Assembly: GCA_030390025.1 (NCBI GenBank)
Contig: CM059431.1
Span: forward strand, 139,874,001-139,938,000
DNA: 64,000 nt
Direction of reading: 5' to 3'
From: Squalus acanthias
Lineage: Eukaryota
How positions within the stretch are numbered: position 1 is the stretch's first letter; the number at the start of each line of letters is the position of its first letter. The position numbers and the translations under genes were made by a program. Of this stretch, positions 25,801-38,274 are shown in pieces. The notes under the pieces are model-generated. The model was not told the DNA's origin. It made no database searches and saw only the letters and a list, made by a program, of their open reading frames with translations.

Positions 25801-27470
25801 GGATTATGGATGCATGTCTCCAGGTTGACCAAGGCAGGGAATTCAACATCCAGTGGTATTCAATAATGAGGAAGGACAGGCAAAAGGAAAAGGAGGTCTG
25901 GAAGCATTGCTGGTTAAAGAGTAGATTAACGCAATAGTAAGGAAGGATATTAGCTCTGATGATGTGGAATTTGTATGGGTAGAGCTGAGAAATACCATGG
26001 GGCAAAAACGTTCGTGGAAGTTGTATACAGCCCCCCAAACAGTAATGCTGAGGTGGGGGATGGCATTAAACGGGAAATTAGAGATGCGTGCAATAAGGGC
26101 ACAGCAGTTATCATGGGTGACTTTAATGTACATATAGATTGGGCTAACCAAATTAGTAACAGTACTGTGGAGGAGGAATTCCTAGAGTGTATTTAGGATG
26201 GTTTCCTGGACCAATATGTTGAGGAACGAACTTGAGATCAGGCCATCTTAGACTGGGTATTATGTAATGAGAAATGATTAAATAGCAATATTGTTGAGCG
26301 AGGCCCCTTGGGGAGGAGCGATCATAATATGATAGAATTCTTCATTAAGATGGAGTATGAAGCATGTGACTCAGAGACTGGGGTCCTGAATTTAAATAAA
26401 GGAAACTACGATGGTATGAGGAGCGAGATGGCTAGGATGGATTGGGGAACGTTACTTAAAGGGTTATCGGCGGATAGGCAATTGCAAACATTTACAGATC
26501 GCATGAATGAACGACAGAATTTGTTCATCCCTGTCTGGCATAAAAATAAAACAAAAAAGGTGACTTAACCGTGGCTAAAAAGGGAAATTAGGGATAACAT
26601 AAGATCCAAGGAGGGGACGTATAAATTGGCCAGAAAAATCAGCAAACCTGAGGATTGGTAGCAGTTTAGGAATCAGCAAAGGAGGACAAGAGGATTAATT
26701 AAGAGGGGGAATTAGAGTATGAGAGTAAGCTTGAAGGGAACATAAAAACTGACTGTAAAAGCTTCTATAGATAGGTGAAGAGTAAAAGATTGGTGAAGTC
26801 AAGCGTAGGTCCCTTGCAGTCAGAATCAGGGGAATTTATATTGTGGAAAAAAGAAATGGCAGACCAATTAAATACATACTTTAGTTCCGTCATGACAAAG
26901 GAGGACACAAATAACCTCCCAGAGATGTCAGGGAACATAGGGTCTAATGAAACGGAGGAACTGAATGAAATCAGTATTTGTAGGGAAATGGTGTTAGGGA
27001 AATTGACGGGATTGAAGGCCGATAAATCCCCAGGGCCTGATAATCTACATCCTAGGGTATTTAAGGAAGTGGCCCTAGAAATGGTAGATGCATTGCTGGT
27101 CATCTTCCAAAATTCTATAGACTCGGGCACAGTTCGCATGGATTGGAGGGTAGCTAATGTAAAACGGGGATTATACACCGTTAAGCCGGACATCGGTGCT
27201 GGGGAAAATGCCAGAGTCCATTAAAAAATAAGTAATAGCAGAGCACTTGGAAACCAGTGACAGGATCGGACAAAATCAACATGGATTTACAAAAGGTAAA
27301 TCGTGCTTGACTAATCAACTGGAATTTTTTGAGGATGTAACTGGTAGAATAGATAAGACATAACCAGTGGATGTGGTGTATTCGGGCTTTCAGAAGGCTT
27401 TCGATAAGGTCCCGCATAAGAGATTAGCGTACAAAGTTAAAGCACATGGGATTGGGGGTAAGGTACTGAT
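22872..27470 (+). mobile_element. CR1 LINE (ORF1 and 5' half of ORF2, 3'-truncated), split by a nested antisense CR1
   Basis: ORF1 ...AIGYSIVRVIDR stops at 23384 and resumes as RFCGRIRNSRMVCCLPGARVKDV at 25070. Endonuclease motifs follow (LCLNA, MGDFN, SDHN), then the RT start (KAFDKVPH). Confidence 0.9.
23385..25069 (-). mobile_element. 5'-truncated CR1 nested inside ORF1 of the host CR1
   Basis: RT ORF 23724-24458 (GVSQGSVLGP, KFADDTK). The tail ttctatgcttctat sits at the 23385 junction. Confidence 0.92.
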
Positions 27471-27471
27471 T

Positions 27472-30400
27472 TTGATTACACTGGGCTCATCCTCTCGGGC
27501 TTGCACACTGTATGATCTCACTGGGCCCATCCTCACCGGGTTACGCACTGTCTGATCTCACTTAGCCATCTTCCCGGTTTACACACTGTCTGATTTCACT
27601 GGGCCCATCCTCCCCGGGTTACACACTGTCTGACTTCACTGGGCCCTTCCTACCCGGGTTACACACGGTCTGATCTCACTGGGCTCATCCACCCCGGGTT
27701 ACACACTGCCTGATCTCACTAGGCCCATCCTCCCCTGTTAACAAACTGTTCTATCTCTCTGGGCCATCCTCCCAGGTTACGCACTTTCTGATCTCACTGG
27801 GCATATCCTCCCCTGGTTACCAACTCTATGATATCACTCGGCCCATCCTCCCCATGTTACACACTGTCTGATCTCACTGGGCCCAATTTACACAGGCTTA
27901 CACACTGTCTAACCTCACTGGGCCCATCCTCGCCAGGTTAGACACTGTCTCATCTCACTGGGCCAATCCTCCCAGGATTACAAACTGATTGCTTTCACTG
28001 GGCCCATCCTCCCAGGAGTAAACTCTGTCTGCTCCCAGTGGGATTATCCTCCCCGGGTTATACAGTCTGATCTCACTGGACCCAAACTCCCCGGATTACA
28101 AACTGTCTGATTTCACCGGGCCCATCCTCCCCGGTTTACACACTGTTTCATATCACTGGGCCCGTCCTCCCCGGGTCAGACAAATTCTGCTCTCACAAGA
28201 CCCATCCTCCCCGGTTACACACTGTCTAATCTCACTGGACCCAACCTCCCCGGTTTATAAATTGCATTATCTCACTGGGCTCCTCCTACCTGGGATAAAC
28301 ACTGTCTGATATCACTGGTCCCATCCACCGCATGTTACACACTGTCTCATCTCACTGGACCAATCATCACAGGATTACAAACTGTTTGCTCTCACTGGGC
28401 CCATCCTCCCAGGATATACACTGTCTGATCTCACTGGAGCCAACCTCCCCGGGTTACAAACTGTGTGATCTCACTGGGCCCATTCTCCCCGGGTTACACT
28501 CTGTCTGATTTCACTGGGACCATCCTCCCAGGGTTACACACTGTCTGACTTCACTGGGCCCTTCCTACCTGGGTTACACACTGCCTGATCTCACTAGGCC
28601 CATCCTCCCCTGGTAACAAACTGTTCTATCTCACTGGGCCATCCTCCCAGGTTACGCACTTTCTGATTTCACTGGGCATATCCTCCCCTGGTTACCAACT
28701 CTATAATATCACTCGGCCCATCCTCCCCATGTTACACACTGTCTGATCTCACTGGGCCCAATTTACACAGGCTTACACACTGTCTAACCTCACTGGGCCC
28801 ATCCTCGCCAGGTTAGACACTGTCTCATCTCACTGGGCCAATCCTCCCAGGATTACAAACTGATTGCTTTCACTGGGCCCATCCTCCCAGGAGTAAACTC
28901 TGTCTGCTCCCAGTGGGATTATCCTCCCCGGGTTATACAGTCTGATCTCACTGGATCCAAACTCCCCGTATTACAAACTGTCTGATTTCACCGGGCCCAG
29001 CCTCCCCGGTTTACACACTGTTTGATCTCACTGGGCCCGTCATCCCCGGGTCAGACAAATTCTGCTCTCACAAGACCATTCCGGTTACACACTGTCTAAT
29101 CTCACTGGACCCAACCTCCCCGGTTTATAAATTGTATTATCTCACTGGGCTCCTCCTACCTGGGATACACACTGTCTGATATCACTGGGCCCATCCACCG
29201 CATGTTACACACTGTCTCATCTCACTGGACCAATCATCACAGGATTACAAACTGTTTGCTCTCACTGGGCCCATCCTCCCCAGGATATACACTGTCTGAT
29301 CTCACTGAGCCAACCTCCCGGGTTACAAAACTGTGTGATCTCACTATGCCCATCCTCTCCGGGTTACACACTGACTGGATTCTTGGCCCATCCCCCCCGG
29401 TTACACCACTGTCTGATCTCACTGGGCCATCCTCCCCGGGTTACACACTGGCTGATCTCACTGGGCCCATGCTGCCCGGGATACACACTGTCTGATCTCA
29501 CTGGGACCATCCTCCCCGGGTTACACACTGTCTGATCTCACTGGGCCAAACCTCCCCGTGTTACACAATGTCTGATCTGACAGGACGCCTACTCCCCGGG
29601 TTACACACTGTCTGATCTCAATGGGCCCATCCTCCCCGGGTAACAAACTGTCCGATCTCACTGGGACATCCTCCCGGGTTACACACTGTCTGATATCACT
29701 GGGCCCATCCACCGCATGTTACACACTGTCTCATCTAACTGGGCTAATCATGCCAGGATTACACACTGTCTACTCTCACTGGACCCAACATCCCCGGGTT
29801 TCAAACTGTTTGCTCTCACTGTCCCGTCCTCCCAGGATAACCCGCAGTCTGCTCACACTGGGACCATCCTCCCGGGATATACACTGTCTGATCTCACTGG
29901 AGCCAACCTCCCCGGGTTACAAACTGTGTGATCTCACTGGGCCCATTCTCCCCGGGTTGCACTCTGTCTGATCTCACTGGGCCAAACCTCCCCGGGTTGC
30001 ACACTGTCTGATCTCACTGGGACGATTCTCCCCGGGTTACACTCTGTCTGATTTCACTGGGACCATCCTCCCAGGGTTACACACTGTCTGACTTCACTGG
30101 GCCCTTCCTACCTGGGTTACACACTGCCTGATCTCACTAGGCCCATCCTCCCCTGGTAACAAACTGTTCTATCTCACTGCGCCATCCTCCCAGGTTACGC
30201 ACTTTCTGATATCACTCGGCTCATCCTCCCCATGTTACACACTGTCTGATCTCACTGGACCCAATTTACACAGGCTTACACACTGTCTAATCTCACTGGG
30301 CCCATCCTCTCCAGGTTAGACACTGTCTGATCTCACTGGGCCCATCCTCCCAGGATTACAAACTGATTGCTTTCACTGGGCCCATCCTCCCAGGAGTAAA

Positions 30401-32393
30401 CTCTGTCTGCTCCCAGTGGGATTATCCTCCCCGGGTTATACAGTCTGATCTCACTGGATCCAAACTCCCCGTATTACAAACTGTCTGATTTCACCGGGCC
30501 CAGCCTCCCCGGTTTACACACTGTTTGATCTCACTGGGCCCGTCATCCCCGGGTCAGACAAATTCTGCTCTCACAAGACCCATCCTCCCCGGTTACACAC
30601 TGTCTAATCTCACTGGACCCAACCTCCCCGGTTTATAAATTGCATTATCTCACTGGGCTCCTCCTACCTGGGATAAACACTGTCTGATATCACTGGGCCC
30701 ATCCACCGCATGTTACACACTGTCTCATCTCACTGGACCAATCATCACAGGATTACAAACTGTTTGCTCTCACTGGGCCCATCCTCCCAGGATATACACT
30801 GTCTGATCTCACTGGAGCCAACCTCCCCGGGTTACAAACTGTGTGATCTCACTATGCCCATCCTCTCCGGGTTACACACTGACTGGATTCATTGGCCCAT
30901 CCCCCCCGGGTTACACACTGTCTGATCTCACTGGGCCCATCCTCCCCGGGTTACACACTGGCTGATCTCACTGGGCCCATGCTGCCCGGGTTACACACTG
31001 TCTGATCTCACTGGGACCATCCTCCCCGGGTTACACACTGTCTGATCTCACTGGGCCAAACGTCCCCGTGTTACACAATGTCTGATCTGACAGGACGCCT
31101 ACTCCCCGGGTTACACACTGTCTGATCTCAATGGGCCCATCCTCCCCGGGTAACAAACTGTCCGATCTCACTGGGACATCCTCCCGGGTTACACACTGTC
31201 TGATATCACTGGGCCCATCCAGCGCATGTTACACACTGTCTCATATCACTGGGCTAATCATGCCAGGATTACACACTGTCTACTCTCACTGGACCCAACA
31301 TCCCCGGGTTTCAAACTGTTTGCTCTCACTGTCCCGTCCTCCCAGGATAACCCGCAGTCTGCTCACACTGGGACCATCCTCCCGGGATATACACTGTCTG
31401 ATCTCACTGGAGCCAACCTCCCCGGGTTACAAACTGTGTGATCTCACTGGGCCCATTCTCCCCGGATTACACACTGTCTGATCTCACTGGGCCCATCCTC
31501 CCCGGGTTACACACAGTCTGATCACACTGGGCCCATCCATCCAAGGGTTACACACTGTCTGATCTCCCTGGATCCAACCTCCCCGGATTTAGAAACTGTT
31601 TGATCACACTGGTCCCATCCATCCCGGGTTACACACAGTCTGGTCTCACTGGGCCCATCCTCCCCGAGTTACACACTGTCTGATCTCACTGGTCCCGTCC
31701 TCCCCGGGTCACACACTGTCTGATCACACTGGGCCCATCCTCCTCGGGTTACACAATGTCTGATCTCACTGCGCCCATCCTCCCGGGTTACACACTGTCT
31801 GATTTAACTGGGCCCATCCTCCGCGAGTTACACACTGTCTGATCTCACTGGGCCAATTATCCCCGGGTTACAAACTGTCTAATCCCAAAAGACCCATCCT
31901 CCTCGGGTTACACATTCACTGATCACACTTAGCCCATCCATCCCGGGTTACACACAGTCTGATCTCACTGGGACCATCCTCCCGTGGTTAAACACTGTCC
32001 AATCTCACTGGGCCCATCCTCCCCGGGTTACACACTGTCTGATCTCATTGGACCATCCTCCTCGGGTTACACAGTGTCTGATCTCACTGGGCCCATCCTC
32101 CTCGGGTTACACAGTGTCTGATCTCACTGGGCCCATCCTCCCCGGGTTATACACTGTCTGATCTCACTGGACCCATCTCCACGGGTTACACACGGTCTGA
32201 TCTCACTGGGCCCATCCTCCCCGGGCTACACACTGTCTGATCTCACTGGGCCCATCCTCCCCGGGCTACACAATGTCTGATCACACTGGGCCCATCCTCC
32301 CCGGGTTAGACACTGTCTGATCTCACTGGGCCCATCCTCCCTGGGCTACACATTGTCTGATCTCACTGTAACAATCCTCCCTGGGCTGCACAC
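27472..32393. repeat. 40-bp satellite block 2 with ~0.87-kb and ~1.5-kb higher-order duplications
   Basis: The variant ccaatttacacaggcttacac occurs at ~27883, 28758 and 30260. The variant caggacgcctactcccc occurs at 29581 and 31091. Confidence 0.93.
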
Positions 32394-32984
32394 TTCTTCT
32401 ACTTCTCTGTGCTGTTTTACTCTCCGATATTTCTATCATGTGTTAATTTTCTGAAATCAATATTAACCATCGTTCCCATAAACGCTCTCTCAAATATTCC
32501 AAGCTGCAAAAATGAGTCTTATTTTGTCACCAACAACCAATCCTCCGCTATTAGTAAAGGCGAGTCAAAGGTTAAACTAGAATTTTGACATCTTATGTGC
32601 AACAGGAAATGAATGTGACAGGACATGAGTTTGACCAACATTAAGTGTGACGCTCACAGGATGTGTGCGGTGCGAATAAGACTTTTAATGTATTATTTTT
32701 CAATCTCGAAGGCCTGGCGCATACTAAGACAGATGGACTGGAAAGTCTTCTCACTGCGAATTTTTGGAAGAAGCCAGATAGTCAAAGGACATGTGCGAAT
32801 ATTCATGCACCGCCCCCAGTACTGGGAGTAAGGAATAGCATGTGGAATAATATTCTCTGTTGAAAAGGAACTGAAATAAGCCTTATCAATATAAGAAATG
32901 TGTTATTAAACCATTACAATAAGAAGTCTTACGAATTATATATATCTATTAACCTAGTGCTCAAAAGTAATATAATGGAAACAT

Positions 32985-33348
32985 TGGTGTCCCCAGTGAT
33001 CTCTATTGGGCATTCAACTTTTAAATATTATATAAATGACTTGGGTGAAGGACGACAGAGCCGTATTTCTAAATTTGCTGACGACACTAAGTTAGTTCGC
33101 ACAGTAAGCATTGCAGAATGGCAGAGACAATCTGGAAACAGGAAGCTAGTGACTGCTAACTGGACCTCCATGCTTTGTTATAAGTCGATTAAAGTCTTGC
33201 TTTATGTTCAACAAAGTGCGTAGTGAGTCTTTATTATGTCACAGGGCACTGAATTTGGATGATCAGCCATGATCTCATTAAATGGCGGAGCAGGCTCGAG
33301 GGGCCGAAAGGCATACTCCTGCTCATATCTTCTATGTTTCTATGTTTC
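32985..33348 (+). mobile_element. CR1 scraps (YINDL...KFADDTKL fragment and a 3' UTR with tail)
   Basis: RT motif in ORF 32900-33223. 3' UTR gatcagccatgatc...tctatgtttctatgt at about 33250-33345. Confidence 0.75.
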
Positions 33349-33809
33349 TCCCAGGGTTACACATTGTCTGATCTCACTGGGACCATACTCCTCGGGTTAC
33401 ACATTGTCTGATCTCACTGGGCCCATCCTCCCTGGGCTGCACATTGTCTGATCTCACTGGACCCATCCTCCCCGGGTTAAACACTGTCTGATCTCACTGG
33501 GGTCCATCCTCCCCGGGTTACACACTTTCTCGTCTCACTGAACTCATCCTCCCCGGGTTACACACTGTCTGATCTCCCTGGGGCCCATGCTGCCTGTGTT
33601 ACAGACTGTCTGATCTCACTGGACCCATCCTCCCCTGGTTACACACTGTCTGATCTAAGTGGTCCCATCCTCCCCGGGTTACACACTGTCTGTACTCACT
33701 GGACCCATCCTCCCCGGGTTACTCACTGTCTGTACTCACTGTACCCATCCTCCCCGGGTTACACAGTGTCTGATCTCACTGGGCCCATCCTTCCCGGGTA
33801 ACACACTGT
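33349..33809. repeat. 40-bp satellite block 3
   Basis: About 11 units of the same consensus. Confidence 0.92.
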
Positions 33810-34780
33810 TTAAAGTCCTTGTGACCACCCTGTTTATAATGTTCGCTAGGACATTGATCCTAGCACGGTTCAGGTGGAGCCCATCCCAACAGTGCAGTGC
33901 CTTCCTGTCCAAGTACAGGCGCCAGTACCGCATGAAATGGAACCCTTCCTTCGCACACCATTCTTCAGTCACGTATTCATCTCCCAAACCTGCTTATCGC
34001 TACACCAATTTACACGTAGCTCGGTTAATAATCCAGAGATTACAACCCTTGGTGTCGTCTTTATTTTAATTAAGCTCCTTGTTCCTGGTACTCCCCAAAC
34101 AGGACCCCCTGCCTACTCTTTCCTATGGTGTTGTGCCCTACATCGACAACAACGACTGGATCCTCCACCTCCTTCTTCAATATTCGTTCAAACCGTTTTG
34201 CGATGCCCCTCACCCTGGCATCATGTAGGCAACATACCATGTGGGTCTCTCGAACCTGCTTACAAAGGAAGCCAAGCTATCTGTCCCCCTAATTATTGAA
34301 TCCCCTACAACTGCCACATTACGTTTCCCCTCCTGCTCATCCTCCTCCCCCCTTTGGACAGCTCCAAATGTGCCCTGGTCAGCATTCCGGCTTTCCTTCC
34401 CACAGTCTTTATCCTTAGTTAGAAGTTGTCACAGTTCGCATGTACATTGTATCTGTTGTGTAGGACCAGTTTCTGCAGATCCTCGTTCTCTATCTCATCT
34501 GGTTTTCCCTTACTCTGTACACTATCGGTGACATCAACCCCGTTCTGAACCTGCACCTCTCTGCGAGGCATGACCGAAGTCTGAAGGAAACTGTCCAGTT
34601 ACTCTTCCCCCTCCCTTATATGTCCAAGTGTCACCAACTCGCACTCCAGCTCCATGAACCTGAGCCGGAGTGATTCGAGATGGAGAAATCTACTGCAAAC
34701 ATATTCCCTCCGGACAGGCTCGCTGTCCACAAAACTCCCACATACTGTAGTCCATACTCACAACCTGTTCTGCCATATCT
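33810..34780 (-). mobile_element. CR1 ORF1 remnant (esterase-like)
   Basis: Reads WCAKEGFHFMRYW...WDGLHLNRARINVLA, with an ORF1-type start ATGGCAGAACAG near 34776. Confidence 0.75.
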
Positions 34781-35107
34781 TATTCTAAATTATTTATATC
34801 TAATTTTTAGTCTGTTCTACGTATTTTTTACAAACTAACTTGCACTAAGCACCAAAACACTGGACAAAATACCTGGTGCAATGTTAAAAGCAGTATAATG
34901 TCAATATTATGGGGACCATAAAGCTAGTTTATTTCCCAGTTGGTGCTGCCGGCGAGGAGCCTCGCCCACTGACACTGCACACCGGGGAATGGCGGATTCT
35001 CAGCCCACAGTTTTCTGTCCATTAACCATCAGCAGCGCACTCGCGATTTACTGATGTGTGTCGCCAGTGGATAGGCTCGCCAGCACTAATGCAAGTTAAA
35101 AAAATTA

Positions 35108-35482
35108 TCATAGAGTCATAGAATGATGCAACACAGAAGGAGGCCATTCGCCCCATCGTGCCCGGGCAGGTTCTTTCATAGACCTATCCAATTACTCCCA
35201 CTACCCGGCTCTTTCTCCATAGCCCAGTAAACATTTTCCCTTCAAGTATTTATCCAATTCACTTTTTAATGTTACGACTGAATCTGCTTTCAGGCATTAC
35301 ATTCCAGATCACAATAACTCGCTGCGTACAAACATGTTTCCTCATGTCACGTCTGGTTCTTTTGCCATTCACCTTAAACCTGTGCCCTCTGGTTACCGAC
35401 ACTTCTGCCACTGGAAACAGTTTCTCTTTAGTTACTTTATCAAAACTGTTCATGACTTTGAACACAACTATCAAATCTTAAC
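35108..35482 (-). mobile_element. CR1 3' fragment
   Basis: Reads KLFPVAEVSVTRGHRFKV...QRVIVIWN, plus a 3' UTR. Confidence 0.8.
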
Positions 35483-35533
35483 CTTCGCTGCTGTAGCTAT
35501 CGTGACTTCACAATTCGACATTTCTTTAGTTAT

Positions 35534-36125
35534 CAACAACAGTAACTTGCATTTATATAGCGCCTTTAATGTAGCAAAACGTCCCAAGTCGCTTCACAGG
35601 TGCGTTATCAATAACATTTGACACCCAGAATGGAGATATTAGGGCAGATGACCAACAGCGTGGTGAACGGTATAGCTTTAAAGAGCGCCTTATACAATGA
35701 GAGAAAGGTAGAGAGGTGGAGATACCTAGGGATGGAATTCCAGAGATTAGGGCCTTGGCAGCAGGAGGCACGGCCGCTAATGGTGGGCCGATGAAAATTG
35801 GAGATGCGCACGAGGCCAGAATTGGAGGGGTGCAGAGATCTGGGAGGATTGCAGGGCTATAGTAAATTAGAGTGGGAGGCAGAGGCGAGGTCATGGAGGG
35901 ACTTGACAACAAGGATGACAATTTTACATCAAGGCATTGTCCGACCGGGAGCCAATGTAGGTAATCCGGCACAGGGGCCATGGGTGAACGGGACTTGGTG
36001 CGAGTTAGGATATGATCAGCAGAGTTTTGAATGAGTTCAAGTTTACGGAGGATGCATGGTGGGAGGCCGGCTAGGAGAGCATTGGAATAGTCGAGTCTGG
36101 AGGTAGCAGAGGCAATTCATGAGGT
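35534..36125 (-). mobile_element. L2 LINE 3' portion, at the same module position as 16003-16760
   Basis: Reads PVPDYLHWLPVGQ on the minus strand, with terminal cttgcatttatatagcgcctttaatgtag. Confidence 0.8.
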
Positions 36126-36213
36126 TTTCAGCTTTTTCTGCTTTTATTTCTAATATTATTGCTAATTCCCATTTCAGACGATATTCTGTGTTTTACTTGG
36201 TTTGGGTTCTTAC

Positions 36214-37454
36214 CATGTCAGAATACACTGGGAATCTGATGCTGTGTATCTGACGTTGATTTTGGAAGCACATTCCCTGCTTGCTTTGACCGGTGTTGTT
36301 CTACTTCTGTATTGTGTGTGTCTGTAACCAATAATAAAAACCCGGTGTTTAATGTCTTTCACCGTCCCCAGTACTAAACACTGGGGATGTCCAAAGGTAA
36401 TGAAGCTGTGCTCAGCATTCACTATCGGACAACACTCCATAACCAATGGCCACAGGCCGGGCTGATCTTTGAAGTTATCACCTGCATTGTCTTCAATAAA
36501 TTGAGTATAATTAGCTTCTTTGTTTAATCTTTCACCTTGATTTTTAACCAGATGCGGCATTTTAACATTGAGATCTGATGGTGTCGGTGTGAGTTCAGCC
36601 CCACCTAATAAACCATCTGCTGGGCCCTGCCCCAGACTGGAGTCACCACTTCGACCAAACCCCTTTACTCTAAAATACACAAGATTCGCTGTGACTGTGT
36701 GTTAACGACAGAAACTGATCTGACTTCACATCCCATTGCACGGCCTCTTGCTGGATAATTGTGCTCAGTGGTCAGACTCTCCTCGTCTCATTCTCACCAT
36801 TTCCTGCCTCACCTTGTAACCATTGTGGACTGTCAATGGGACTTTGTCTTACCTTTATCTCCAGTCGATCTCTGGAAGCTCTTTGAATCGGAAGGGTTCT
36901 CTCTGGTTGGTGCTCTCACAATCCTGTGCTGGTTCATCGCCTGTTGTTCCTCAGTCTACAATCCCTGTTTACTTCCAGCTGTGCATCTTTCTCAATCACT
37001 ACATCATTCATCGGGTAATCTAATTCTGGCAGGGCTGAAAAGGAGAACAATATTGAAGGTGTGGAGTGGAATGTAATATAAACTTATCCCATAGTTATTC
37101 GTAAAAACGAAAAATATTGAATTAAAAAAATGATGTCCGCAGTGACAGACTTCTCATATAACGGCCGCGCGTTTTCCAGGAGTAGCTCACATTTTGGAGA
37201 CTTTCTCCTCGATTTGAAATCACTGCCCATTCCTTTATATTCCTGGCTGAATTCCATCCAGGACACATCCGCCCAGCTTCCACGTGTCTTTCTTTCGCTC
37301 ATGTTTTGCTTTCTTTCAGTGGCATCTCAGGCAGAGAGAGCTGACAGACAATATACTCAGCTCACACAACTCAGCAACTTTCCTGGAGCCTTGACCTGTT
37401 TTAGCTACACTGAGAACGGGATTCCACTTCCTACGTCAGAGCTCTCTACTTTGT
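36214..37454 (-). pseudogene. Gene B: unidentified spliced, decayed coding unit (module copy 2)
   Basis: Exon 37454-37191 (tctcttcag ... T/gtgagc, ATG at 37302) joins in phase 1 to an exon starting at 37034 (tccttttcag). This gives MSERKTRGSWADVSWMEFSQEYKGMGSDFKSRRKSPKS-LPELDYPMNDVVIEKDAQLEVNRDC... and then a stop or frameshift. The block ends at donor TG/gtaaga at 36214, with a possible internal intron at 36852-36605. Confidence 0.5.
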
Positions 37455-37735
37455 CTGAAGAGATAACAATTAAGATCAAATTCCCTCTCAATTCCCATCT
37501 GATTATCTACGCCATCTGGAGAACGGACCGTTAAATATTATAGTTACCGCCCGCCTTCTGTCAGCTCCTTTATTCGGACTTTAGCCGATCAGCTCCCTTC
37601 ATGTACGGTTACATTTTTCTTCATTTTCAGCAACGGATTGTCCGATTTCACAGGTCAAACACACAACGCCCACGGCGCTGATGTTTCGGCAGAATGAAAT
37701 AATCTGTATTGTCCCATATCCCGAGCCACACTCAC

Positions 37736-37860
37736 CCTCCCACAGGAGACACTGGATCCCGATCAGGAGCAGGAACACTGGCTGACATTTACACTCGCGG
37801 GTCTGGAGAACCCAATGGGAATTGCAGCGGTACTCCCGTCACTGCCGCACTGAGTGCCGC
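37736..37860 (-). other. Candidate upstream non-coding exon of gene B
   Basis: Strong donor GAGG/gtgagt at 37735 in GC/CpG-richer unique sequence. The 5' limit is unknown. Confidence 0.35.
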
Positions 37861-38274
37861 TAAATCAGTACAGATCATGGGCAGGTCCATTTCCCAGTTA
37901 ACTCCCAGCATTCCCTGCAATAACTGACAGCTATTCCCTCCCAGAGCCGCTCCCAGGGATACAATCCCTGCTTATTTCACACACCGCCAGGTTTATGCCC
38001 TGTTGAATACTGCGCTTTATGAAACTCTGTCTCGCTACAGTTTAGAACAGGAAATCCATTGCTGTATCTGACACTGTCTCCCGGATTGCCGGGATAACAG
38101 TGGGACCAATCGCTGCCAGGATCCGCCAACTCTTCAGGTTCAGGGCTGAGTATTTTAGTTTTATTTTGTCACCTACCACGGAGCGCCGGTTCAGGCCGCC
38201 TGGACTTCCTGGAAATCACAAATATTGGAGCAGAAATTTGCCGTTTCCTCTCTGCGCTTAAGACAAACAGATGC

